NCBI GenBank assembly: GCA_963710945.1
Contig: CAVQCH010000003.1
Coordinates: 193,032 to 257,031 of the forward strand
From: an uncultured Acidobacteriota bacterium
GTDB taxonomy: Bacteria > Acidobacteriota > Thermoanaerobaculia > UBA5066 > Gp7-AA6
Length of the DNA stretch: 64,000 nt
Direction: 5' to 3'
This document shows, piece after piece, positions 10,632-19,224 of the stretch. Numbering within the stretch: position 1 is the stretch's first letter; each line of letters begins with the position of its first letter. Below the pieces are notes generated by a model, which was given only the letters and a program-made list of their open reading frames with translations, was not told where the DNA came from and searched no databases. The translations under genes and the position numbers were made by a program.

Positions 10632-11141
10632 GTGGAAAGCCAGCAGGAGTTCTCCTCCCTCGTCGACCGCCACGCGCGCGTCATCTCGAGCGCCATTCGC
10701 CGCGTCTGCAGCCGCCGGCACCAGTCCCTGATCCCGGACATCGAGCAGGACGTGCGCGCGGCCCTCTGGAAACGGCTGCAGAGTGGGAAAGAGATCCGCC
10801 ATCCCGTCTCCTACATCTATAAGGTGGCCCTGACCACGGCCCTCGCGGCCGTCCGCCGCTACCCGGCGCAAGCCGAGTCTCCGTCCGACGAGCGCGGAGA
10901 AGCCCCCGTGTCGGCCTCGGCGCCGTTTCTCGGGCTCCTTCCCGCCGAGCAGAGCCGGCTCCTGGCCGAGGCTCTCGACGCCCTGCCTCTCGAGGAGGCG
11001 CGGGCCGTCCGCGCCCACCTCGCGGGCTTCAACCACGAGGATGTGGCCGTATTGTTCGGATGGACGGCATCCACGGCCCGCCACCGGATCTACCGCGGCC
11101 TCGATAAGATCCGCGCGAACATGAAAGGGAGCGGCGCATGA
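10632..11141 (+). CDS. ECF-type RNA polymerase sigma factor (sigma-70 family)
   Basis: 169 aa with a GTG start. It has a region-2-like DIEQDVRAALWKRL and a region-4 HTH EDVAVLFGWTASTARHRIYRGLDKIR. Confidence 0.85.
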   Translation: MESQQEFSSLVDRHARVISSAIRRVCSRRHQSLIPDIEQDVRAALWKRLQSGKEIRHPVSYIYKVALTTALAAVRRYPAQAESPSDERGEAPVSASAPFLGLLPAEQSRLLAEALDALPLEEARAVRAHLAGFNHEDVAVLFGWTASTARHRIYRGLDKIRANMKGSGA

Positions 11142-11769
11142 GGCGCGATCCGCTGCGCGAGGCGTACCGCGCCCTGCAGACGCCGGGATCCCCGGCATGT
11201 CCCGACTGCCGAGGTGCTCGCCGCCCTCGTCCTCGGAGAGATCGCCGCGCCCGAACGAGACGCGCTCGCCGAGCACCTCATCGCGTGCCGTCGCTGCACC
11301 GAGGACGCCGGGATTCTCTTCGAGACGCATCGAGAGGTTCGGGACGGACGGGGCGTCCGCGCCGGCTCGCGGCGCCGCCTCGTGGCCATCGCCGCGGCGG
11401 CGGCGCTCGCCGCGATGGTCCTGCTGATCGCGCGACCGCCGCGGCCGACCCCTTCGGCCGAGCGCGGACCGGCCGCCCGCGTGGAGGGGATCCTCCCCGC
11501 CAGACGGAGCCGAGCTCGCCGGGCCGCCCTCGCGGTTCGCCTGGCCTCCGCTCGAGCGGGCCGAGACCTATCGCGTCCGGCTCTTCCACGATTCGGGCGA
11601 GCTCGCCTGGCAGAGCGTTCCGGCCACGGCGCCATCGGCCGACGTGCCCGCGGAGGAGCGGGTGCGCCTCGGGGCCCGCGCTTCCTACTACTGGGTGGTC
11701 GAGGTCGAAGGTCCCGCCGGCAATCCGAGACTCGGGCCCTTCGCGTTTCGGATCGCGCCCGCGCGCTAG
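11138..11769 (+). CDS. Anti-sigma factor (zf-HC2-like, single TM, extracytoplasmic C-terminal domain); two 1-nt insertions
   Basis: ATGA overlap with the sigma gene. The sequence reads ..CPD|AEVLAALVLGEIAAPERDALAEHLIACRRCTEDA.. (H-x3-C-x2-C). The TM segment is LVAIAAAAALAAMVLLIA. The C-terminal part runs ..YRVRLFHDSGELAWQS..YYWVVEV... Frame switches are at t11207 and about 11501. Length is 632 nt = 3n+2. Confidence 0.7.
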
Positions 11770-14700
11770 CGCCGAAACAGGGTCTGCCACCACGGCGGAC
11801 GCTCGAGGGGCACGCCCTCGCGCCCGTTGCCGATCACGACGAAGGGAGCCCAGAACCGGGGCGCGAGCCCGGGCTCCGCGGCGAGCAACTCCCGCTTGGC
11901 GCGCGTCAGGGCGACCGCCCGCGAATCTCCCGCGGCCAGGCGCGAGTAGAAAAGAGTCATCAGCCGCTCGGCACGAAGGTCGTTGACGTCCCAAAGAGTC
12001 GCGACGACCGCGTTGGCTCCGGCATGAAAGAAAGCGCGGGCGAGGCTCTGGACGCCCTCTCCCGCCAGGATCCTTCCGCGGGCGGTCTGGCAGGCGGCGA
12101 GAACGACGAGGTCGCTTCTCAAGCTCAGGCGATAGATCTCCCGGGCGGTCAGCAGGCCGTCCGCTTTCCCGTCGCCGGACAGCAGCAGGCCCGAGCGCGA
12201 CGGATGGCGCGCGTCGATCAGGCCGTGCGTGGCGAAATGCAGGACGCGGAACCGGTCGAGCGGCGTCTCCCGCAGCTGGCGCTCGCTCGCCCGGGCGCCC
12301 GTCAGGACCTCCGTCCCCGGCCCGCCGAACCGGGAGATGGCCCGCGCCTCCGCGGACGCGCGGGGCAGCGGCGCGAGATCGAAGGCGGCTTCCACGACCC
12401 CGTCCGCCGAGCGCCGGTCCCTCCCGGCGAGCAACGGGTCGGCGACCACGAGGATGTCGGCGATCCGCGCCGACGGCGTCCGAACCGCCTCGAGCTCCGC
12501 GAGCGCCGTCACGGATGGCGCATACGAGAGGTCGAAGCCGTCCAGGAGCCGGCGCGCGCCCGGCGCCGCCGCGGATAGAACTTCGAACGGCAGCGAGGCC
12601 AGGACGCCGTCGGGCACGACCACCAGGGATCTCGTGCCCGCCGGAAGGCCGCCGATCCACGGCTCGACGAGGTCCGCGTAGAGGCGCCCGCCGAGGCGCC
12701 TCCAGCGGTCGCCGTCGTCCTTCGCGATCAGCCCGACGAAGTCTTCGACCCGCTCGGCGAGGACCGCGGGTGCCACGTCGAGGCGCCGGATCGACATCCC
12801 GGACGGCGTGAGCACGAAAGCGAGGACACGCTCGGCGCTGATCGAGTAGGACACGATCGCCGTCGAGGGGCCGAGCGCGCGGCGCGCCGCCTCGGCCGAC
12901 ACGGCCTGCGGGTAGCGCAGGGAGGCGTACCGCGGCGTGCGGCGGCGCATCTCCGCGACGAGACCTTCCCACTCGTCTTCCGCGCGCTCGAGCCGCCCTT
13001 CGGCCGCTCCCCTTCCGGGTTTTCCGGAGGCCACCTCCGCTTCGAGAGCCTTGATCCGCGCTCCCAGCTCCCCTTCGCGGCGCCGCAGGTCTTCGGGCAG
13101 GTCCTGCTCGATGTCGAGCCTCGCTTCGGCGATCCCGTCGAGCAGCGCCCTTGCCCGGGCGCGCTCGGAGACGCGGAACGCCTCGTCCGCATGGCCGCGG
13201 CCCGGATCGCGAGCCTCGAGCGCCAGCAGGATGTCGATTGCGATCGCGAAATCGTCCTGCTGGGACGACAGGAACGAGGACTTGAGCGTGGGCGCCGTGA
13301 TCTGTCCGCGCAGCGATTCGACGATCGCGAGCGCTTCCTCGCTCCGCGTCCGGGCTTCGTCGAGCCCGCCCCGCCGCGCCTCGAGCCGCGCCATGGCGGC
13401 CAGCGCGATCGCTTCGCTGCGGCGATCTCCGGCGCGCCGCGCCGAGGCGATGCACCGCCTCCAGCATGCCGCGGCCTCTCCGAAACGGCCCAGGCCCTCG
13501 TTGGCCGTACCGAGATTGTGCAGCGAGATGGCCGTGCCGTGCGGCTCCCCGATCGTCTCCCACAGGGCCAGAGCCCGGGTCAGCGCCGCCACCGCCGCGG
13601 AGAATTCTCCCAGGCTGTCCAGCGCGAGGCCGGTGTTGTTCAGCGCCAGCGCCTCGGCGCGCCGGTCGCCGAGGGCACGGGCGACAGGCAGGACCTCCCC
13701 ATACGCGGCGAGCGCCTTGCGCACGGCGCCCAGCGTCCAGTAGGAGAACCCCAGATTCTGGAGCGTGAACACCTCACCCCGCCGATCGCCGAGCGTTCGC
13801 CAGAGCCCCAGTGCTTCCTCGAAGACACCGAGAGACTTCTCGGGATCGCCGAGGGCCCAGTAGGTCAGGCCGAGGCCGTTCAGGGCCCACGCCTTGACCT
13901 CGCGGTCGCCGCCGCTCGACCGCGCGATCGCGAGCGCGGCCTCGTCGAGATAGAGCGCCTCCTGGTAGCGGCCGAGGTTCCAATTTCCCCAGGCCTGCAT
14001 GTGCAGCACGCTTGCTTCCTGTTGCCGATCGCCGACGGCGCGAGCGAGCTCGAGGGCGCGGCCCAGGGTTTCGATGCCTCGCTGCGGATCGCCGACGAAC
14101 TCGAGCGCCAGGCCTTCCTGTTCCAGGATCTTCCCCTCGAGCTGGCGGTCGCCGGCCGCCCGGGCGCGCTCGGCGGCGCGTTCGGCCGCCACCATCGCTC
14201 TCCGGCTGTCGCCCGAGGCGACGCCGAAGCGAGCCAGGTCGAGCCCCACCAGGGCCTCCTGTTCGGGATCGCCGATGGCTTGCCAGAGCGCCAGGGCCCT
14301 CTCGAGCCCGGAAAGAGAGGCCCGTCGAGCCGTTTCCGACTCCCGACCTTCCCAATCTCGCGAGCCCATGTGAACGCTCTCCGCACGGGCCCGCGCCCGG
14401 TCGTCGGGACCGCTGGCGCCGATGGCGACGACCCGCAGAGCGTACCGGCCGACGGCCTCGTCATCGAGGGGCCTGATCCGGAGACGGTGGCGCCCCGCCG
14501 TCGCGGCCACGGCCCACAGGACCTCTTGCCCGTATGCCCCGCGGCCCGTGTCGACCCGGAGCACCAGCTTGCCGGACGGATCGAAGAGCTCTTCGCTGAG
14601 GTCGATGCCCTTCTGATCGACGAGGACCTGGAACGCCTGTCCGCGGGCGAGGTCGATCGCAAAGTCGTGGCGATCCCGTCCCGACATCTCGCGCTCGAGT

Positions 14701-14795
14701 GTCGCGCCGTCGGACAGCGCCGGCAGGCCCGGCGAGTCCGATCCCGCTGGGGCGGGCAGAAGGAGCAACGACAGGATCGCCGCGGAGACATTCAT
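11766..14795 (-). CDS. Secreted TPR-repeat CHAT-domain (caspase-like) protease
   Basis: Intact 1009 aa. It has a signal peptide (MNVSAAILSLLLLPAPAG), an N-terminal PPC-like beta-sandwich and a long TPR array. The C-terminal CHAT domain carries the His/Cys dyad context HFATHG ... VVLAACQTA. Its stop shares the CTAG at 11766-11769 with the anti-sigma gene. Confidence 0.9.
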   Translation of the reverse strand: MNVSAAILSLLLLPAPAGSDSPGLPALSDGATLEREMSGRDRHDFAIDLARGQAFQVLVDQKGIDLSEELFDPSGKLVLRVDTGRGAYGQEVLWAVAATAGRHRLRIRPLDDEAVGRYALRVVAIGASGPDDRARARAESVHMGSRDWEGRESETARRASLSGLERALALWQAIGDPEQEALVGLDLARFGVASGDSRRAMVAAERAAERARAAGDRQLEGKILEQEGLALEFVGDPQRGIETLGRALELARAVGDRQQEASVLHMQAWGNWNLGRYQEALYLDEAALAIARSSGGDREVKAWALNGLGLTYWALGDPEKSLGVFEEALGLWRTLGDRRGEVFTLQNLGFSYWTLGAVRKALAAYGEVLPVARALGDRRAEALALNNTGLALDSLGEFSAAVAALTRALALWETIGEPHGTAISLHNLGTANEGLGRFGEAAACWRRCIASARRAGDRRSEAIALAAMARLEARRGGLDEARTRSEEALAIVESLRGQITAPTLKSSFLSSQQDDFAIAIDILLALEARDPGRGHADEAFRVSERARARALLDGIAEARLDIEQDLPEDLRRREGELGARIKALEAEVASGKPGRGAAEGRLERAEDEWEGLVAEMRRRTPRYASLRYPQAVSAEAARRALGPSTAIVSYSISAERVLAFVLTPSGMSIRRLDVAPAVLAERVEDFVGLIAKDDGDRWRRLGGRLYADLVEPWIGGLPAGTRSLVVVPDGVLASLPFEVLSAAAPGARRLLDGFDLSYAPSVTALAELEAVRTPSARIADILVVADPLLAGRDRRSADGVVEAAFDLAPLPRASAEARAISRFGGPGTEVLTGARASERQLRETPLDRFRVLHFATHGLIDARHPSRSGLLLSGDGKADGLLTAREIYRLSLRSDLVVLAACQTARGRILAGEGVQSLARAFFHAGANAVVATLWDVNDLRAERLMTLFYSRLAAGDSRAVALTRAKRELLAAEPGLAPRFWAPFVVIGNGREGVPLERPPWWQTLFRR

Positions 14796-14894
14796 GAGCG
14801 TCCGAGAGGAGATTCAAGCACAGCCGGGAAAAAAGCGCGGTCCCGACGCTCTATTCAGGACAGAGGCCCCGCTTCCCGGGGCCGGGAGGCCGTC

Positions 14895-16688
14895 ATGTTG
14901 CGTGGGATCCTGACGTCCGTCGTCCTCGGCATCGCCGCGTCCGCAGCCGCCCAATCCATCACGGAGATCGCCCTTTCCGATCCCCACGCGGGGCTCGGAT
15001 GCATCACCCCGGGGCCCGACGGGAACCTGTGGTTCGGCGAACGGCAGCAGAGCAAGATCACGAGGCTCGCCCCGACCGGTGGCACCCCTCAGGAGTTTTC
15101 GGCGAGCGGGACGAGCGGCACCCTGACGCTGCGGATGCAGTGCCTGACCCCCGGCCCGGACGGGAACCTCTGGTTCACGGTCGCCGAGGCGGGAGACGGA
15201 CAGGTCGGAAGAATCACGACTGCCGGCGACGTGACGCTCGTGACGGGCGTGATTCCGTCCCGCCTGTACGGCATCACCTCGGGCCCCGACGGCAACCTCT
15301 GGTTCACCGAGGCGACTTTCGGCGCCTCCAAGATCGGAAAGCTGACGACCGGCGGCACCCTGACCGAGTACCCGGTCCCGTCGGCGAACGGCTCTTTCAG
15401 TGCGGTTGCGGGCATCGTCGCGGGGCCGGACGGGAACCTCTGGTTCCCCGAGCAGACCGCCGACAAGATCGGAAAGGTCACGACGGCCGGCGTCTTCTCC
15501 GAATACTCGCTCGCCGCGGGCAGCCACCCGACCGGGATCACCGTCGGGCCCGATGGGGCCCTGTGGTTCACGGAGCAGGGCGCGAATCGGATCGGTCGCA
15601 TGACGACCGACGGAACGCTGACGAGCGAGTACGACATCCCCACGGCAGCCTCGTCGCCGCAGGGAATCATCTCGGGACCCGACGGCAACCTCTGGTTCAC
15701 CGAGAGCGTGGGGAACAAGATCGGCCGAGTCACGACGTCGGGCCAGTTCACGGAGTTTCCCGTGCCGACCGCCGGCAGCGCCCCGTTCGGGATCACGTCG
15801 GCCGCCGGGAGCATCTGGTTCACCGAAGGGGCCACCGGCAAGATCGGCCAGATCGGCGGCGTCGGTCCTGGACCGTGCGTGGCGGGAACGACCACGCTCT
15901 GCCTGAACGGCAATCGCTTCAAGGTCGAGGTCGCCTGGAGCGTTCCGGATAAGGGCACGAGCGGGCCCGGGATGGCGATACCCCTGACGGGAGACACGGG
16001 CTACTTCTGGTTTTTCAGCGCCGCCAACATCGAGCTCGTCATCAAGGTGCTCGACGCCCGCGGCTTCAACGGCCACTTCTGGGTCTTCTACGGCGCCCTC
16101 TCCAACGTGGCGTACAGGATCACCGTCACCGACACCCAAACCCAGGAGGTGAAGACGTACGACAATGCGTACGGCAACCTCGCCTCCTTCGCCGACACCT
16201 CGGCCTTCGCCGGCGTGACCGCCGGGCCCGCTGCCGTGGCGTCCGAGCGGGAGCCTCTCTCTCCGGGCGAGATCGAGAGCTTCTCGACAGCCGAGCTGTA
16301 CGCGATGTACGGCGCCCTCACCCAGGTGAAGGCATCCCCGGCGGCAACGCCGTGCGCAGCCGGCAGCGAAACACTCTGCTTGAACGGCGGGCGCTTCGAA
16401 GTGACGGTGACGTGGAGCGCGCCGCACCAGGGAACGTCCGGGCACGGGATGGCTCGTTCCGTCACGGGCGACACCGGCTACATGTGGTTCTTCAGCGAGT
16501 CGAACGTGGAGCTCATCGTCAAGGTGCTCGACGGAAGGACCTTCAACAACCACTTCTGGGTCTTCTACGGAGCCCTCTCGAACGTCCAGTACACGATCAC
16601 CGTCCGCGACACGCAGACCGGCTCGATCCGCACCTACGAGAACCCGGACGGCCACCAGGCCAGCAGCGCCGACACCGTGGCCTTTTGA
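14895..16688 (+). CDS. Secreted 7-bladed Vgb/streptogramin-lyase-like beta-propeller with two C-terminal copies of an uncharacterised ~110-aa domain
   Basis: ATG at 14895 is preceded by gggagg. The signal peptide is MLRGILTSVVLGIAASAAAQ. There are seven GPDG(N/A)LWF(T/P)E repeats followed by a duplicated domain. Confidence 0.85.
   Translation: MLRGILTSVVLGIAASAAAQSITEIALSDPHAGLGCITPGPDGNLWFGERQQSKITRLAPTGGTPQEFSASGTSGTLTLRMQCLTPGPDGNLWFTVAEAGDGQVGRITTAGDVTLVTGVIPSRLYGITSGPDGNLWFTEATFGASKIGKLTTGGTLTEYPVPSANGSFSAVAGIVAGPDGNLWFPEQTADKIGKVTTAGVFSEYSLAAGSHPTGITVGPDGALWFTEQGANRIGRMTTDGTLTSEYDIPTAASSPQGIISGPDGNLWFTESVGNKIGRVTTSGQFTEFPVPTAGSAPFGITSAAGSIWFTEGATGKIGQIGGVGPGPCVAGTTTLCLNGNRFKVEVAWSVPDKGTSGPGMAIPLTGDTGYFWFFSAANIELVIKVLDARGFNGHFWVFYGALSNVAYRITVTDTQTQEVKTYDNAYGNLASFADTSAFAGVTAGPAAVASEREPLSPGEIESFSTAELYAMYGALTQVKASPAATPCAAGSETLCLNGGRFEVTVTWSAPHQGTSGHGMARSVTGDTGYMWFFSESNVELIVKVLDGRTFNNHFWVFYGALSNVQYTITVRDTQTGSIRTYENPDGHQASSADTVAF
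15876..16685 (+). repeat. Internal duplication of a Cys-started ~110-aa domain (copies ~15876-16208 and 16353-16685)
   Basis: Copy 1 is CVAGTTTLCLNGNRFKVEVAWS..GDTGYFWFFSAANIELVIKVLDARGFNGHFWVFYGALSNVAYRITVTDTQT... Copy 2 is CAAGSETLCLNGGRFEVTVTWS..GDTGYMWFFSESNVELIVKVLDGRTFNNHFWVFYGALSNVQYTITVRDTQT... Confidence 0.85.
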
Positions 16689-16702
16689 ACGGAGAACGAC
16701 GA

Positions 16703-19157
16703 ATGAAGACAATTGGAGCGCTTTTTCTCGTCGGCGTGTCTCTGACGGCGCCGCTGTCCGCGGCCACCTTCACCGTGACGACCGCGGCGGACTCCGGTGC
16801 CGGGTCGCTGCGGCAGGCGATCCTCGACGCGAACGCGAACCCCGGGGCGGACACGATCGAGTTCGCCATATCCGGCTCCGGCGTCCAAACGATCTCGCCG
16901 GCGACGCTGCTGCCGACGATCACCGGGCCCGTCACGATCAACGGGTACTCCCAGCCGGGCGCGAGCGCGAACACGCAATCGGCGGGTGACGACGCGGTGC
17001 TCCTCATCGAGATCGAGGGAAGCGCCTTCTCGACCGGGCAGGCCGGACTCGAGCTCGTCGCCGGGAGCGACGGCAGCACGATCCGGGGGCTCGTCCTGAA
17101 CCGGTGGCCGGGACCGTCGATCGAGATTCAGGCCAGCGGCAGCAACACCGTAGCGGGCAACTTCATCGGGACGGACCCCTCGGGCACGGTCGCCCGCCCG
17201 AACTCCAACGCGGGCGTCGGGATCGGCGTGTACATCGTCGGGTCCGGCACCAACAATCTCGTCGGCGGCACGGCTCCCGCCGACCGCAATCTGATTTCCG
17301 GCAACGAGCTCGAGGGCATCCAGACGCTGTTCGGCTCGGGACACAAGATCGAGGGCAACTTCATCGGCACCGACGTGACGGGAACGCTGCCGCTCGGCAA
17401 CTGCCGGCGGCGTCACCATCAACTCGGCGGGCAACGTCGTCGGCGGGACCGCCGCCGGCGCCCGCAACGTCATCTCCGGCAATGCCGGCAGGGGCGTTCT
17501 CGTGCAGGGCAACGGGGCCGGAAGCTTCGTCCAGGGCAACTTCATCGGGACCAACGCCGCCGGAACGGCCGGCGTCGGCAACGGCGCGGGAGGAGTCCTG
17601 ATCAACTCCACCACGCCGAACGTCACGATCGGGGGACCGAGCCTCGACGCGCGCAACGTGATCTCGGCAAACGGCGGCTGGGGCGTCTCGGTTCTCGTCA
17701 CCTCCAGCACCGTCATCCAGGGAAACTTCATCGGTACGGACGTGACGGGCACCCTTCCGCTCGGAAACGCCTTCACCGGGGCGCAATTCGGCGGCATCTT
17801 CCTGAACGGGTCGACGAACACCGTCGTCGGCGGGCCCAATCCCGGCGAGGGCAATCTCATCGCCTTCAACGCGGGCAACGGCGTGACCGTCTTTGGCTTC
17901 GGCACCGAGACGGGAAACACGATTCGCGGCAATTCCATTTACGCCGAGGCGCCTTACACCGTTCCGTTCCATCCCCAGATCGGCATCGACCTCGGCGACA
18001 ACGGGCCTTCGGCGAACGATCCGGGCGACGGCGACACGGGTTGGAACGGCCTCCAGAACTACCCGATCGTCACGTCGGCCGCTCCGCTGGGACCTGCCGC
18101 GGGCACGCACGTGCTCGGGATCCTCCACAGCAAGCCGTCGACGAGCTACACGCTCGACTTCTACGAGAGCTCACCCTGCCTGCCTCATCCGCACGACTAC
18201 TACGAGGGCCAGACGTACCTCGGCGCGGCCGACGTCGCGACCGACGGCAGCGGGGCCGTGAGCTTCGACGTGACGGTCGCGGGCACGATCGACCCCGGCT
18301 CCGTCGTCACGGCTACCGCGACCGACCCGGACGGCAACACGTCGGAGCTCACTCCCCGCATCGTCTTCGCGATCGACCCGGTCTCCGGGCCGGCCGCCGG
18401 CGGCACCGCGGTGACGATCTCCGGCACGGAGTTCGTGGATGGCCTCACGCTCACGATCGGCGGCCAGCCGGCCGGCAGCGTCGTCGTCGCCAACGACCAC
18501 ACGATCACGGCGACGTCCCCGGCGCTCGGAGCCGGCAGCGCGAGCGACATCGTCGTCGAAGAGCCGGGCGGGATCACGGGCACCCTCGTCAAGGGGTGGC
18601 TCGTGGACTTCCTCGACGTGCCGCCCCTGCAGCAGTTCTACGCCTACGTGAACACCCTCGTGCAGAACGCCATCACCGTTGGTGTCGGAGGCGGCCTCTA
18701 CGGCGTCGACCAGCCCACCCTGCGCCAGCAGATGGCCGTCTTCCTCATGAAGGCCAAACACGGCCTCTGCTACACGCCTCCCCCCTGCACCACACCCTTG
18801 TTCACCGACGTTCCCTGCTCCTTGACCTTCGCGCCATGGATCAACGAGCTCGTGGCCGAGGGAATCGCGAGCGGCTGCGGCGACGGGACGATCTACTGCC
18901 CCGCCGACCCCGTCAAGCGCCAGCAAATGGCGCCTCTGCTCCTGAAGACCTTCGAAGGCCTCGGCTATGTGCCGCCGGCCTGCGTCACTCCGACGTTCGG
19001 CGACGTGCCCTGCGACAACCCCTTTGCCCCGTGGATCTACGAGCTCGTCGCCCGGAATATCACGGGCGGCTGCGGCAACGGCAACTACTGCCCTCTCAAC
19101 GCCGCGACGCGGGGACAGATGGCGGTGTTCCTGGTCAAGACCTTCTCTCTCCAGTGA
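16703..19157 (+). CDS. Secreted parallel beta-helix repeat protein + IPT/TIG domain + 3 Cys-containing SLH-like repeats; one 1-nt insertion
   Basis: The signal peptide is MKTIGALFLVGVSLTAPLSA. It carries CSLREA-like GSLRQAI and repeated GNFIGTD/NxISGN beta-helix turns. The frame switches at t17402 (..GTLPLGN|AAGGVTINSAGNVVGG..). Length is 2455 nt = 3n+1. Confidence 0.85.
18603..19154 (+). repeat. Three tandem SLH-like units with conserved cysteines (C-terminal anchor module)
   Basis: Unit consensus is F.DV.C...FA.WI..L.A..I..GCG.GNYCP....TR.QMAVFL.K....Y.PP.C. The same module occurs at 21661-22209. Confidence 0.75.
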
Positions 19158-19224
19158 GCTTGCCTGGAGGCCTGCGCAGGTCTTGTTCCAGGCCGTCGGA
19201 CTGCCATAGGCTGTGCGCACTTCC

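Noticed and set aside
14796-14894. ECF-type promoter (GGAAC-N16-17-CGT-like) in the CHAT/propeller divergent intergenic region
   Set aside because: No clear match on either strand by eye. There is only an A6 run and weak 4-bp inverted repeats.
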